DNA of 64,000 bases from Acidobacteriota bacterium (GCA_963664705.1 OY761556.1:3872001-3936000); one strand, 5' to 3'. Counted from the stretch's first letter, positions 38,213-48,968 are shown. A program made the numbers and translations. Notes: generated by a model from the sequence alone, not told the origin.

Positions 38213-40084
38213 CTATGGCTCCGTTATCTGGTTGAGTCCAATGTAGGAAGGGAATTCCTGGGACCGGAAAACCCGCTGAGTTGCCTTCCTGAAATCTTTT
38301 GGTTTGGCTTTATAGATATCCTCAAATTGTTGCGGATTTCGATCCACCAATGGGAACCATGTGCTTTGCACCTGGACCATGATGCGATGCCCTTTCCGAA
38401 ACATGTGAAATACATCCGGCATTCGATACTGAATCTGCGTGACCTTTCCCGGGACAAAGGGCTCCGGCCTTGAAAAGTCATTCCGGAACTTTCCCCGGAA
38501 CGGCTCCCCGCGAACAAGCTGCTGATACCCGGCCATCGGGTCCACACCGGTGCCCGGGCCATGATCCATTGCGTTTTCCGGATATACATCGATGAGCTTA
38601 ACAATAAAATCCGAGTCAGTGCCGGATGTTGAAACATTCAGAGATGGCAGGATCGGACCTGCAATCAAAACATCCTCCGCCAATACCTCGGTTTGATAGG
38701 TAAGAACGTCGGGACGATGGAACACGAATCGTTGATCTCCAACCATGTATTCCCTGGTCATGCGTGTGGTCATCTCAGTGGTATAGGGCACAGGATTATC
38801 GGGATCGCTGACATACTCGTCAAAACGGTTGGAAATATCTCCCGAATCAGGTTCCCATGAGAGCCTTCCATTGGCGCGCAAATATAGCTTCCTGTCGATT
38901 CCCTTCGGCGGCCACCGGACCTCTTTCTTCCACTCATTTTTCCCTGTCGCAAAAACAAATGCCTCCGGCAAATCAGGAGCGCCCGTTTCCTTCAGGAAAT
39001 GCCGGAAGAATGGCAACTCGATCTCCTTGCGATAAAAGATCGAAGTATCCGATCCGAAACCCACACGTCCGAGTGCATTCCCGTCGGAACGCGCCCAGCC
39101 GCCGTGGTACCACGGTCCCATTACGAGGATATTAAAATTGCCGGGGTTGCAGTCTTCGATGGAATGATAGACGGCCAGAGTGCCGAAAAGATCTTCCGCA
39201 TCAAACCAGCCTCCCACCGTCATGACAGCCGGCCGGATATCCTTCAGGTGGGGTCTGAGATTCCTCTCCTGCCAGAAGCCATCATAATTGGCATGCCGCA
39301 TCAGCTCGTTCCAAAAAGAGCTTTTGTTCTTCAGATAAAGCGAATTGGCATCCGATAATGGACCCATCTTCAGATAAAAATCGTATTGATCCGGAACAGG
39401 AAACTGGAATGGAGCTTCGAACTCCTCGGTCGGATGCGGTCGCGGGCGCCCAAAAGTTGAGAGAAATCCAAATGCATGGGTCAGAAACAGTGCGCCGTTA
39501 TGATGGAAATCATCGCCAATGAACCAATCGGCGATGGGCGCCTGCGGAGAAACCGCCTTCAGTGCCGGGTGGGCCTGGATGGCTCCGGCTGCCGCATAAA
39601 AACCGGGATAGGAAATTCCCCACATCCCAACACGACCATTGTTATTCGGAATATTCCGGATCAGCCAATCAATGCTGTCATACGCATCGCTGGATTCATC
39701 AACCTCTCCGGGGCGGCTCTTTTTGTCCTTAACCGGCGTTACATTGATGAACTCCCCTTCCGACATCATCCGCCCGCGCACATCCTGGTAAACAAAAATA
39801 AAGCCATCCCTGGCGAGCTGGTCCGAAGGTCCAAGAGATGCGGGATACCGGTCCTTCCCATACGGAGCTACTCCGTAGGGAGTACGCGTAAAGAGGATTG
39901 GATATGGATGTGAACTGTCCTTAGGCTCATATACTGCAGTAAACAGTTTCTTCCCATCCCGCATCGGGATTCGATATTCGTGCTTTGCATAATTCGACTC
40001 CACATAGCTTTGCTGAGCACGGACCTGAAAAATAATCAGAGCCCCGAGCATCAACACCCAATAGCGTCTCATGGCTGTTTGCAT
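38213..40084 (-). CDS. CocE/NonD family hydrolase (alpha-amino acid ester hydrolase-like)
   Basis: IPMRDG, RTPY, QDVRGR..SEG, GISYPG nucleophile, GWFDAED, GPWYHG. Confidence 0.93.
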   Translation of the reverse strand: MQTAMRRYWVLMLGALIIFQVRAQQSYVESNYAKHEYRIPMRDGKKLFTAVYEPKDSSHPYPILFTRTPYGVAPYGKDRYPASLGPSDQLARDGFIFVYQDVRGRMMSEGEFINVTPVKDKKSRPGEVDESSDAYDSIDWLIRNIPNNNGRVGMWGISYPGFYAAAGAIQAHPALKAVSPQAPIADWFIGDDFHHNGALFLTHAFGFLSTFGRPRPHPTEEFEAPFQFPVPDQYDFYLKMGPLSDANSLYLKNKSSFWNELMRHANYDGFWQERNLRPHLKDIRPAVMTVGGWFDAEDLFGTLAVYHSIEDCNPGNFNILVMGPWYHGGWARSDGNALGRVGFGSDTSIFYRKEIELPFFRHFLKETGAPDLPEAFVFATGKNEWKKEVRWPPKGIDRKLYLRANGRLSWEPDSGDISNRFDEYVSDPDNPVPYTTEMTTRMTREYMVGDQRFVFHRPDVLTYQTEVLAEDVLIAGPILPSLNVSTSGTDSDFIVKLIDVYPENAMDHGPGTGVDPMAGYQQLVRGEPFRGKFRNDFSRPEPFVPGKVTQIQYRMPDVFHMFRKGHRIMVQVQSTWFPLVDRNPQQFEDIYKAKPKDFRKATQRVFRSQEFPSYIGLNQITEP

Positions 40085-40165
40085 GACTCTAGGCTAACCC
40101 GCCCACTCGTGCTGCTGCAAGATTTTATCCATGCGCTCCGCCACGATCCGTGATTAAATGCTTTC

Positions 40166-41695
40166 ATGATGACACCACAAGTGATCGCAACAGAAAGCCG
40201 TGCATATCTCGCGCTAAAAGAAATGTTTCAGGGAGGACGGCCGCTGATCTTTGTTTGCACGCCCGAGGAAGGCCGGGTTGAACGGCTCCTTCTGGAAATT
40301 TCGGATAGATTATTCCCAACCGGCATACCGGTATGGAGCTGGTCGTTGACATCGGGACTCGCAACGCCCGACCGCCAGTCCAGCGAGAAGCTCAATCCAT
40401 TATCTGTCCTCGATTTCATTGGCTCCCATGCCAAACCCGGAATATTCCAGCTGAAGGATTTCCATCAGTTTATGCGCGAAGATCCGCAAATCCGCAGGAA
40501 GCTGCGCGATCTTTATGCGCTTTGTCTGGATACGAACAAATACCTTGTCATTACGTCCCCGCTGCGCGAAGTACCGGAAGAATTGAGCCGGCAGGTTGCT
40601 CTTGTCGATCTCCATGCCCCTGACCTGGATGAACTGCTCGCATTTGTCCGGACGGAAACAGAAAAAATCGCATCGAGCGGATCCCGTGTCGACAAAAGCG
40701 AGACCGTTCTTTTCGCGATCGCGAGAGCACTGCAGGGCTTGACGCTGGAAGAATCCCATCATGCCATTCGACGCGGACTTGCCATAACCGGAGCCTTGGA
40801 TGAGAACTGCATCCAGGCGCTGCTTGAGGAAAAAAAGCTCGTCGTGAATCGGACCGGCCTCATACAGTACATTTCGGATGGCACCGGCATGGACAAAGTA
40901 GGCGGACTTGAATATCTGAAATCCTGGCTCCTGGAACGCCGAAAGCTCTTTCTGGAGCGTGACAGCTTGAGCGCGGAAATCGTGCCCAAGGGAATACTGG
41001 TCATGGGTGTTTCCGGGTGCGGCAAAAGTCTCTCCGTAAAGGCTACCGCGTCTTACTTCGGTCTCCCTTTGTATCGCATTGAGATGAGCGAGGTTTTTTC
41101 GGGACGGCATGGAAATCCTGACGCGGCTTTTGTTGAGGCCTGCCGGACGGTCGAATCCGTTGCGCCGGCGGTGGTCTGGTTTGATGAAATTGAGATGGGA
41201 CTGACGGGGGATGCGGGAAGCGGCGGCAATTCAAATTTGGGACGCATTTTTGCCTTCTTTCTCACCTGGATGCAGGAGAAGACGCGAGGACTCTTCGTTG
41301 CGGCGACCGCAAACCGCATCGACTTGCTGCCAGCAGAAATGATCCGAAAAGGTCGATTCGATGAGGTATTCTTCATTGACCTCCCTACTGAAGAGGAACG
41401 AAGCGACGTATTCCGCATCCATTTGCAAAAAAGGGGAGTGGATCCCGAACCGCTGCAGCTTCATCGGCTGAGAAAAATCACACAAGGGTGGACCGGGGCC
41501 GAAATCGAGCAGTGCGTAGTATCCGCACTAACCCAGGTCCGTTTGAAAGAAAAGGAAATCTCCTTTGAGGATCTTCATCAGGCGGCGATCGGAGTCATCC
41601 CTCTATCCAAAACCATGCGTGAACAGGTAGATCACATTCGTTCGTGGGCATACGACCGAGCCGTTCGAGCTTCACCGCGCGAAGCACATAGCTAA
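40166..41695 (+). CDS. Ycf46-like AAA+ ATPase
   Basis: LKDFH, VGGLEYLKSWL, GVSGCGKS, WFDEIE, TWMQEK, RKGRFDEVFFIDLP. Confidence 0.9.
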   Translation: MMTPQVIATESRAYLALKEMFQGGRPLIFVCTPEEGRVERLLLEISDRLFPTGIPVWSWSLTSGLATPDRQSSEKLNPLSVLDFIGSHAKPGIFQLKDFHQFMREDPQIRRKLRDLYALCLDTNKYLVITSPLREVPEELSRQVALVDLHAPDLDELLAFVRTETEKIASSGSRVDKSETVLFAIARALQGLTLEESHHAIRRGLAITGALDENCIQALLEEKKLVVNRTGLIQYISDGTGMDKVGGLEYLKSWLLERRKLFLERDSLSAEIVPKGILVMGVSGCGKSLSVKATASYFGLPLYRIEMSEVFSGRHGNPDAAFVEACRTVESVAPAVVWFDEIEMGLTGDAGSGGNSNLGRIFAFFLTWMQEKTRGLFVAATANRIDLLPAEMIRKGRFDEVFFIDLPTEEERSDVFRIHLQKRGVDPEPLQLHRLRKITQGWTGAEIEQCVVSALTQVRLKEKEISFEDLHQAAIGVIPLSKTMREQVDHIRSWAYDRAVRASPREAHS

Positions 41696-41705
41696 AGGAT
41701 TGGTG

Positions 41706-41744
41706 GAATTCGCGGCAGAATCCGGAGAGTTTTGCCTCGAATTC
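41706..41744. terminator. hairpin between convergent genes
   Basis: GAATTCG-C-GGCAGAA ... TTTTGCC-T-CGAATTC. Confidence 0.55.
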
Positions 41745-41763
41745 CGCACGCCTGCCGAGCGTT

Positions 41764-44604
41764 CTACAGATGGATTACATTTGCGCCGAGCTTCGCCCCC
41801 AGGTCCAACAGGTCTTCCCGGCATGTAAAGAGAATAATCTGGCGTGTTTCCGCTTCCTTTGCCAGGACCTCGAAAGCATTCACCAGGCGAATCAGATCAT
41901 AGGCGGCAAAGGGCTCATCCAATAACGCTGGACAAGGCTCTTCGCTATTCGATACAAGATCCATGATGCCGAAACGCATGGAGAAATAGATCTGATCCTG
42001 CGTGCCGCGGCTAAGATGTTCTGCCAGCCTCAGCTCTCCGCCATCAATCTCACGAACCCATACCTGAAAATCGGGATCGATCTTCACTTCCTCGTAGCGA
42101 TCCGTGCACAAACGCAGAAACCGCTGCTCGACGGCTGCATTCAGTTGCGGAGCCAAAACCTCCTGCTGCTGCCGCGAGAGCTTGTTTACGGTATCAAGAG
42201 CCATTTCCAATGCAAGTCGGTTTTTTTCGAGTTCGTTTGCATTTCGCTCTGCAATCGCCAGATCTTCCTCTATGGAGTATTGCGGGCGGAAGTTTTGAAA
42301 AGCCTGTTTCACCCGCTCCACGGCACCGGCATGCTCTTCCCGGGCGCTTGACAGAAGGGACCGCAGACGTTTCTCCTGCTCCTCCATTTCCGGTATCGTC
42401 GGGATATAGGGCAGAAAAGGTTCAGCGTCGGTTGTATCCGCTTTTGCAATTGACGATTCCGGAATTTTCGGTTCTTCCAGTTCCATCAACTGCCGCAATT
42501 GTTCCTTCCACTGATCCAGCGTCAGGTTCTCTGTCAATCGGGAATACTCGCGATTGCGGGAGGCTTCCCTATCGAGCAGTTCGAGCAGTTTCAGGCGCTT
42601 TACGCACGCTTCCCTGAATTGGACAGGATCCCTTACCTGTGCCTGCTCCAGCAGCTCCGCTATTCGCGAGCATTTCCGGCTATGCTCTTCCGCAAGTTCA
42701 TCGTATTTGGATCGCAGAGATTCGGTCTTCTCTGCACATGAGGCATAACCGGCATCCAGTTCCCGGAACCGACGGAGATTGGCGCGGAAAAGATCAATCT
42801 GAAATTTCAGATTGCCGGGAGAACAGGAAATCCCTGCCTTTCCAAGGCCATCTTTCAGCTTCTGATAAAGCTCCAGCAATTGTTCCTGCAGGTGCTCCCG
42901 CTGCTGCTCCGCTTCTTTCAGGCGAATCCGAAGATCGGCCAGCTTCTGCCGATCCTGATCTGACCGTCTGGCTGCGGACAGGAAATCATCGGCTTTTTGG
43001 AACCCTGATGTCCGCATCGCCTCGTTAAATGTGCTTCTTTTCTTACTGCCTTCCTCGCGAAGATTGTCGAGTTCAAAATCGAGGGTTCGCAGCATGGCCG
43101 CTTGGCTACGCAGAACCTTTACCGATCTGGAGGCTGCCGCAAAGCAGATGATGGCAGCGGCCCCGATTACCAGGGCAACCCCGGCATCCAGCCACGGGGC
43201 GTACCGGTTATATCCCGCGATCACCCGACTTGCCGGCAAGGCTCCGGCCAGAAGCAAAAGGGCGCACCCAAGAATTCTTCGGCTTCGCGTGGTTTTCTCT
43301 GCAGCCGCAAGATTGGCCTTTTCCGCCAGGATCCTGGCATTGAGAGCAGCGCTGTTTTGCGCCACAAGCTGCTCATCTTCGGCGGCTTCACGTGCCATGC
43401 GCTCCCAGTCATTCCCCTGGTTGGAAAATGCCGGGCTTAATTCCGACAAACGTTTCTCAAGTATGATGGCTTCATCATTGAGCCGATTCTGAGTCTTTTG
43501 CAGACCATCCTTCTGCAGAGAAATGCTGAGGTAACTGACAAACCATTCTGTGATTTTCTCCGCATCCGCTCCGGCAGCCATGGGCGCATAGGCGGAAAGC
43601 GATTCCCTTTGCGAACGGGCAGCATCCAGTTGTGTTTGCGCCGCTTCCTTTTCCACCCTGATCTCGCCCAGATGTTTTGCGATACTGTCCCGTGCGCCCA
43701 GGAGTTGGTCCAGTTCACCCAGGCGATCTGCCGGAAAATCCACGCGTCCACCCAGAGATTCAATGGTAGATCGAAGCAGGGTCAGTTCGTTTTGAATACC
43801 CTCCATGGACTCAATTCTCGCGGACATTTCCTGTCTGCGCGCACGAAGAAGCGACGAACGAAGAGCCTGAAGATCCTGCTCCAGCCTGGCAATCTCGGCC
43901 GCAATTCGATTGCGGTCCTCAACCCAATGCTGAAACTGATCCCGCCTCAGATCGAGAGCCTTCTGCTCGTCTCGCAAAGCCTGGACCAGATCCAAAGCCT
44001 GCTTGTAAGGCTTAGTCGGGGCGCGATCAGAGCCAATGGCATCCAGCTTTTCCTGAATCCTTGCCAGGCTTTGGCGGATTGAAAGCTCTTCATCCCCGGA
44101 GTGCGCCAGATTCGCGATCCTGTCCCGAATCGTCTCGTATCCCTGGATCTCTGCAGCCCTGTTCTCACGGATCACGGCAATGGATTCGAAAAGCTCCTTT
44201 GGCATCCCAAAATGATAGCGGGCAAAGAGCACTTCGCCATTCCGCTGCTGCTCATATTGCCGCGTGATATCCTCGCCTGATGATGCGCGAATCTCGATTC
44301 GGGTTTCATCCTTGCCAAAAGCCCTGTGTATCTCCACCTCCCGGCCGTCCACGAGCCGGCACCAGGTTATGCCTCCATACTCGGTCCCATGCCACGGCTT
44401 GTACTGATCAACCCAAGGGTCCATTCGGCGCTGCACTTTCAAATCTGAGCGCAACTGGCCATACAGCGAGGCGATCAGGAAGCGCTGCAGCGTAGACTTC
44501 CCTCCTTCATTCGCAGCAAAAATGAGATTGAGCCCGTTTACAAATTCAAATACGCGGTTCTGGAGTTTTCCGAATCCAAGGATGTGACTGCGCAGGAGAT
44601 TCAC
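41764..44604 (-). CDS. YhaN-like SMC/Rad50-type ATPase with central TM pair
   Basis: NEGGKST Walker A, long coiled coils, LSRGT signature, LLDEPF Walker B, FTC. Confidence 0.88.
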   Translation of the reverse strand: MNLLRSHILGFGKLQNRVFEFVNGLNLIFAANEGGKSTLQRFLIASLYGQLRSDLKVQRRMDPWVDQYKPWHGTEYGGITWCRLVDGREVEIHRAFGKDETRIEIRASSGEDITRQYEQQRNGEVLFARYHFGMPKELFESIAVIRENRAAEIQGYETIRDRIANLAHSGDEELSIRQSLARIQEKLDAIGSDRAPTKPYKQALDLVQALRDEQKALDLRRDQFQHWVEDRNRIAAEIARLEQDLQALRSSLLRARRQEMSARIESMEGIQNELTLLRSTIESLGGRVDFPADRLGELDQLLGARDSIAKHLGEIRVEKEAAQTQLDAARSQRESLSAYAPMAAGADAEKITEWFVSYLSISLQKDGLQKTQNRLNDEAIILEKRLSELSPAFSNQGNDWERMAREAAEDEQLVAQNSAALNARILAEKANLAAAEKTTRSRRILGCALLLLAGALPASRVIAGYNRYAPWLDAGVALVIGAAAIICFAAASRSVKVLRSQAAMLRTLDFELDNLREEGSKKRSTFNEAMRTSGFQKADDFLSAARRSDQDRQKLADLRIRLKEAEQQREHLQEQLLELYQKLKDGLGKAGISCSPGNLKFQIDLFRANLRRFRELDAGYASCAEKTESLRSKYDELAEEHSRKCSRIAELLEQAQVRDPVQFREACVKRLKLLELLDREASRNREYSRLTENLTLDQWKEQLRQLMELEEPKIPESSIAKADTTDAEPFLPYIPTIPEMEEQEKRLRSLLSSAREEHAGAVERVKQAFQNFRPQYSIEEDLAIAERNANELEKNRLALEMALDTVNKLSRQQQEVLAPQLNAAVEQRFLRLCTDRYEEVKIDPDFQVWVREIDGGELRLAEHLSRGTQDQIYFSMRFGIMDLVSNSEEPCPALLDEPFAAYDLIRLVNAFEVLAKEAETRQIILFTCREDLLDLGAKLGANVIHL

Positions 44605-45746
44605 CGCAACCTCACTTCCCGCCCACTCAGCGCCTGAATGCCGTACAAGCGTGCGCGTTCCAGCACGTCGCGCTCTGTTGCGGACGCGGTCGCGATGCGT
44701 TCGTTCATCTCGCGGACAAATCGACCACGAATTGTCTTTTCCTGCGAAATTGACTCGAAATCGAGAGCCGGATGCGTCTGATCATCCCATTGAATGTGCA
44801 AAGCCTCTCCAACCAGCCTCTCTTCAAGCTCGGGGAGCGACAGATCCAGTTTAGGATCCAGCGACCCCGTCAGCCGTACTCGAAGAATAGTGTTCGAACT
44901 GAAAATGCTTCCGCGATACAAAAGAATCTCGTCCAGAATCTGCTCCCGCGTGGAAAACGCATCACAGGCGACCGTCAACGTGATCAGGGGATATTGGTTA
45001 CAAATCCTGCTTTCAAGCTTCAATCGGCTATCGAGAATTTCCCCGAACAGGTACCCGCAATCTCCCTCTTCATCCCAGCCTCTTCCCTCGGGAATCCCGG
45101 AATACCAGATGTCGGTGCCGTCGAGAGTGTTTTCAACGCGATGCTGTTGATGATAGTGCCCCAGTGCACAATACTGAACATTCTTCCCTGCAATTTCGCC
45201 GACCTCAAACGGTCCATGCTTGGACTTGCCTGCGGGAACCCGGCTGATGTCAGATCCGTGGGCGATCACAATATTAAAAAGATCCTTGGGCAAAATGGGC
45301 AATTTTGAGAAGCACCGCTCCTCCAGATTGTGGTGAGCAAATCCGAAGCCTGTAACCCGAACTCCAAGTTCAGGGATTTCGAAGGACTGAAATTCCTCCG
45401 AATTGAAGATGTGGACATTGGGTGGCCAGGAATCGTCCCGATAGGGTGACCCGGAAACAAATGGATCATGGTTGCCCGGCGCAATGAATACCTTTGTCGA
45501 GTTCAAAACCGCAAGCTGTCGTTTGATGAATTCAAATGTATCCGCGGTGATACGTTCCGATTCGAAGAAATCGCCGGCAATAAGAACGATATCGACCTCA
45601 TGATTTCGGGCATCGTCGATGATGCGTCGAAACGTGCCTCGAATAGCTTCTCTTTTCCGATCTCCAAGACGGGAAGGAAAGCCTGAACCCGAAAAACTGG
45701 TATCGAGGTGAATATCGGAGGTGTGGATAAACCGAACTGGTCTCAT
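44601..45746 (-). CDS. YhaO/SbcD/Mre11-like metallophosphoesterase nuclease
   Basis: DIH, AGD, GNHD, HG, ALGHYH; 4-bp overlap with the ATPase. Confidence 0.9.
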   Translation of the reverse strand: MRPVRFIHTSDIHLDTSFSGSGFPSRLGDRKREAIRGTFRRIIDDARNHEVDIVLIAGDFFESERITADTFEFIKRQLAVLNSTKVFIAPGNHDPFVSGSPYRDDSWPPNVHIFNSEEFQSFEIPELGVRVTGFGFAHHNLEERCFSKLPILPKDLFNIVIAHGSDISRVPAGKSKHGPFEVGEIAGKNVQYCALGHYHQQHRVENTLDGTDIWYSGIPEGRGWDEEGDCGYLFGEILDSRLKLESRICNQYPLITLTVACDAFSTREQILDEILLYRGSIFSSNTILRVRLTGSLDPKLDLSLPELEERLVGEALHIQWDDQTHPALDFESISQEKTIRGRFVREMNERIATASATERDVLERARLYGIQALSGREVRLR

Positions 45747-45809
45747 ATCAACCGCACAAAGGTGGCAATGAATACCCGGAAACCGGTCCAGTCTCCGGGT
45801 TCTTTGGAA

Positions 45810-47201
45810 TTAGAGCCTATAGGTTTCGAGCATCTCGGGAATATGGGTATTCCAGCCCAGGGAGCGTTGAATCTTGTCCGCAAGTGCTTTGCTGGAATCC
45901 GGCTCGCCATGAACAATAAAAGTCATCTTGGGCGGCGCCTTGAACATCTTCAGCCAGCGCATAATCTCCACAGAATCCGCATGTCCGGAAAAAGCTTCCA
46001 TGGATTGGATTCTTGCCCGGACCGGAACCATCTCTCCGTGAATCTTTATTTCCCGAGCACCATCTTTCAGGATTTGTCCGCGCGTTCCAACCGATTGATA
46101 ACCGACAAAAAGAATGGTATTGCGGGGGTCCGGAAGCCTGTATTTGAGATGATGCAGAATTCTTCCGCCCGTCGCCATCCCACTGGCCGAGATGATAATG
46201 GCAGGAAAACGCATGTCGTTTATTTTTTGCGATTCTGTCGGCGTATGTACGAACTGGAGATTCGGGCAAAGCACCGGGCATTCCCCGGTTTTTTGAAAGA
46301 TTGCTTTTGCCTCTTCATCAAAAACGTCTATGTGCCGGCAGAAGACTTCCGTGACACGCTGCGCCATCGGACTATCCACAAAAACGGGAAGATCCGGAAT
46401 GACTCCGCGGGATTTCATATCCCGCATCAGGTAAAGAAGCGTCTGCGTTCGGCCAACCGCGAAGGATGGAATGACAAGCATGCCGCCCCGCCTGGCTGTT
46501 TCGTTGATGACAGATCCAAGTTCCTTCGCCGGGTCTTCCGCCGGGTGTACCCGATCGCCATAGGTCGATTCGAGCAGCAGATAATCTGCTTCGTAGACCG
46601 GATCGGGATCCCGGAGAATCAATGCGTCATAGCGCCCGAGATCGCCGGAAAAAACCATGCGCGTCGGCTTCCCGTGGTTTGTGGTTTCCACTTCGACAAT
46701 TGCCGATCCCAGGATATGCCCCGCATCCCTGAACCGGAATTTCGTGCCATCGGATAACTCAGCATGTTTGTTGTAATCCAGCGGTCGCAGATGCCTCACT
46801 GCATTCTCGGAATCTTCCGTTGTAAACAGCGGCAGAGCCGGTTTGTGTTTGCTGAATTTCATTTTGTTGGCAAACTTCGCATCTTCCTCCTGCAGATGGG
46901 CAGCATCAAGAAGGCTGATTTCGCACAGCTCTGCGGTCTCCGGAGTGGCAAAGATGTTCCCCTGGAATCCCTCGCGCACAAGCACCGACAGCATTCCGGA
47001 ATGATCGATGTGGGCATGGGTTAGAATGACATTATCCACGGTGGAAGGCTTGACGGGAGGAGGATCCCAGTTCAAAAGACGAAGCGGCTTTGGACCCTGA
47101 AACATGCCGTAGTCTACCAAAAAACGGGTTTCTCCCGTGTCGACCAGGAATTTAGAGCCGCTGACCGTTCCGGCTGCGCCTAAGAACTTAATCTGTGTCA
47201 T
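45810..47201 (-). CDS. MBL-fold beta-CASP ribonuclease
   Basis: THAHIDH, GHILGS, SGDLG, ESTYG, FAVGRTQ, FSGHAD, VHGE. Confidence 0.93.
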   Translation of the reverse strand: MTQIKFLGAAGTVSGSKFLVDTGETRFLVDYGMFQGPKPLRLLNWDPPPVKPSTVDNVILTHAHIDHSGMLSVLVREGFQGNIFATPETAELCEISLLDAAHLQEEDAKFANKMKFSKHKPALPLFTTEDSENAVRHLRPLDYNKHAELSDGTKFRFRDAGHILGSAIVEVETTNHGKPTRMVFSGDLGRYDALILRDPDPVYEADYLLLESTYGDRVHPAEDPAKELGSVINETARRGGMLVIPSFAVGRTQTLLYLMRDMKSRGVIPDLPVFVDSPMAQRVTEVFCRHIDVFDEEAKAIFQKTGECPVLCPNLQFVHTPTESQKINDMRFPAIIISASGMATGGRILHHLKYRLPDPRNTILFVGYQSVGTRGQILKDGAREIKIHGEMVPVRARIQSMEAFSGHADSVEIMRWLKMFKAPPKMTFIVHGEPDSSKALADKIQRSLGWNTHIPEMLETYRL

Positions 47202-47476
47202 AGTATTGACTATGCAAGATGCAGGATCCAACTGCAACACAAATGGCATATTTATAGCAGGGTCAACTCCGTGGGTTACATTTTGAAATCTCCTGTAATG
47301 TAATGTCGTATATTAGAAGGCAACTCCGTGCAATCGATGACAGGCATGATTATTCGGCGATTATTCAGCGGCACCCTCCCAAATTGCGCGAAGTGGAGTA
47401 TTGTGTATTGAAAACTGCTGCCGAAACGTTGCTTTCTGCCGAATAGTTATACGGGAAGAGGACCGTACGGAACACG

Positions 47477-48196
47477 ATGAGCGGAAATAACATTGAAAGC
47501 CAGAAGCTCAATTTAACTGCGGCTTTACGCATACTTCAGAACGCGGGCCGACCGGATCCTCGTCTGAAAATCCAGGATCCCGAAATGCAGATCCAAAGCA
47601 TTATCGATGCTTTGTGCGATCTTTCCACTCACGACGGACTGACCGGGCTCGTTAACGCAACCTTCTTTCATGCCGTCCTTATCAGAGAAATCAACCGCAG
47701 CTTGAGGACCGGAAGATCGTGCGGCCTCATGGTGATCGACATTGACTATTTCAAACATGTCAACGACCAATACGGCCACAGTGCAGGGGACAAGGTCCTG
47801 GAAACAATTGCAGCCGAATTGAAGCACAGCATGAGAGGAATGGATACGGCCGCCCGGATTGGCGGTGAAGAATTGGCGGTTATTCTGCCGGAATGCAGCC
47901 CTGAAGACGCAATCCAGGCTGCCACACGAATCCATTCCGGGTTAAATCCCATTACGATACCTTTTGAAGAAAATGCCATAAAGCTCACTTCAAGTGCCGG
48001 CCTGGTTTGGACAAACCCGACGGTTCCGATCAGTTCTGCCGATCTTTTGTCTGAAGCGGATCACGAAATGTACCGCGCAAAACGGTCTGGCCGGGGACGA
48101 TTGTGCTATCGAAATCCGGACACAACGCTGATTTCTCAACAGGAGCGGTCCGCCCTGATGCAGATGAAGCCCGAGGGAGATGCGAATGGATCATAA
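47477..48196 (+). CDS. cytoplasmic diguanylate cyclase
   Basis: DGLTGL, DIDYFK, RGMD I-site, GGEEL. Confidence 0.9.
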   Translation: MSGNNIESQKLNLTAALRILQNAGRPDPRLKIQDPEMQIQSIIDALCDLSTHDGLTGLVNATFFHAVLIREINRSLRTGRSCGLMVIDIDYFKHVNDQYGHSAGDKVLETIAAELKHSMRGMDTAARIGGEELAVILPECSPEDAIQAATRIHSGLNPITIPFEENAIKLTSSAGLVWTNPTVPISSADLLSEADHEMYRAKRSGRGRLCYRNPDTTLISQQERSALMQMKPEGDANGS

Positions 48197-48968
48197 AAAG
48201 AGGGCTCGCCGCATTGCGGTTATCAGCGGAAAAGGAGGCGTCGGCAAATCCTTTATAACTGCCAATGTCGCGGCAGCGCTCTCCTTGTCAGGCCGGAAAA
48301 TATTGGTGATCGATGCGGACCTGGGACTGGCCAACCTCGACATCATTCTTGGGATTGAACCAAAGTTCACCATTTTTGACGCACTGCATGGGGTAAAGCC
48401 GGCGGAAGAAGTTGTTTGTCCGACTCTCAATGGCTTTGATCTGATCCCTGCCGGATCCAGCATTCCGGAAGGAACGGCATTCAGTGAAGGGATGGCAAGG
48501 AGACTCGAGGGAGTTCTTGCAGAGCTCGAGGATCGCTACGATGCAATCCTGTTCGACGTCGGCGCCGGCATTGGGGATGTGGTCATGTTTTTCGCAAGTC
48601 TTGCGGACGATCTTCTGGTTATTGCAACTCCTGAACCCACGTCGGTCATGGATGCCTATGCAACGATCAAAGTACTGAGCCAGCTTCATGATAAAAGTGA
48701 GTTTTTGCTGGTTATCAACCAGGCAAACCCTCACCGGACAAAGCAGGTCGGAGACTCCCTAGCCGAACACCTGCGCGCCGTCGCTTCCAGGTACCTGGAA
48801 TCCGCAAATCCAGTCCGTATCGAACTGGTCGTTTCCATTCCCGCCGATCCCACCGTCCCACGTACGATTCGAGACCGTCAACTCCTGCTTGAATCCAATC
48901 CCGATGCCCCTTCCGCGCATCCGCTGAGCCGCCTGGCAAGCTATCTGGATAAGCGTTTATCCATGTAA
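48186..48968 (+). CDS. FlhG/MinD-family ATPase
   Basis: SGKGGVGKS, DADLGLANLD, GAGI, PEPTS..DAYA.IK. Confidence 0.88.
   Translation: MDHKKRARRIAVISGKGGVGKSFITANVAAALSLSGRKILVIDADLGLANLDIILGIEPKFTIFDALHGVKPAEEVVCPTLNGFDLIPAGSSIPEGTAFSEGMARRLEGVLAELEDRYDAILFDVGAGIGDVVMFFASLADDLLVIATPEPTSVMDAYATIKVLSQLHDKSEFLLVINQANPHRTKQVGDSLAEHLRAVASRYLESANPVRIELVVSIPADPTVPRTIRDRQLLLESNPDAPSAHPLSRLASYLDKRLSM

Noticed and set aside
45708-46757. 349-aa plus-strand ORF
   Set aside because: Antisense shadow of the beta-CASP gene
47202-47476. c-di-GMP riboswitch upstream of the GGDEF gene
   Set aside because: I could not find the GEMM consensus elements; an Rfam scan would settle it
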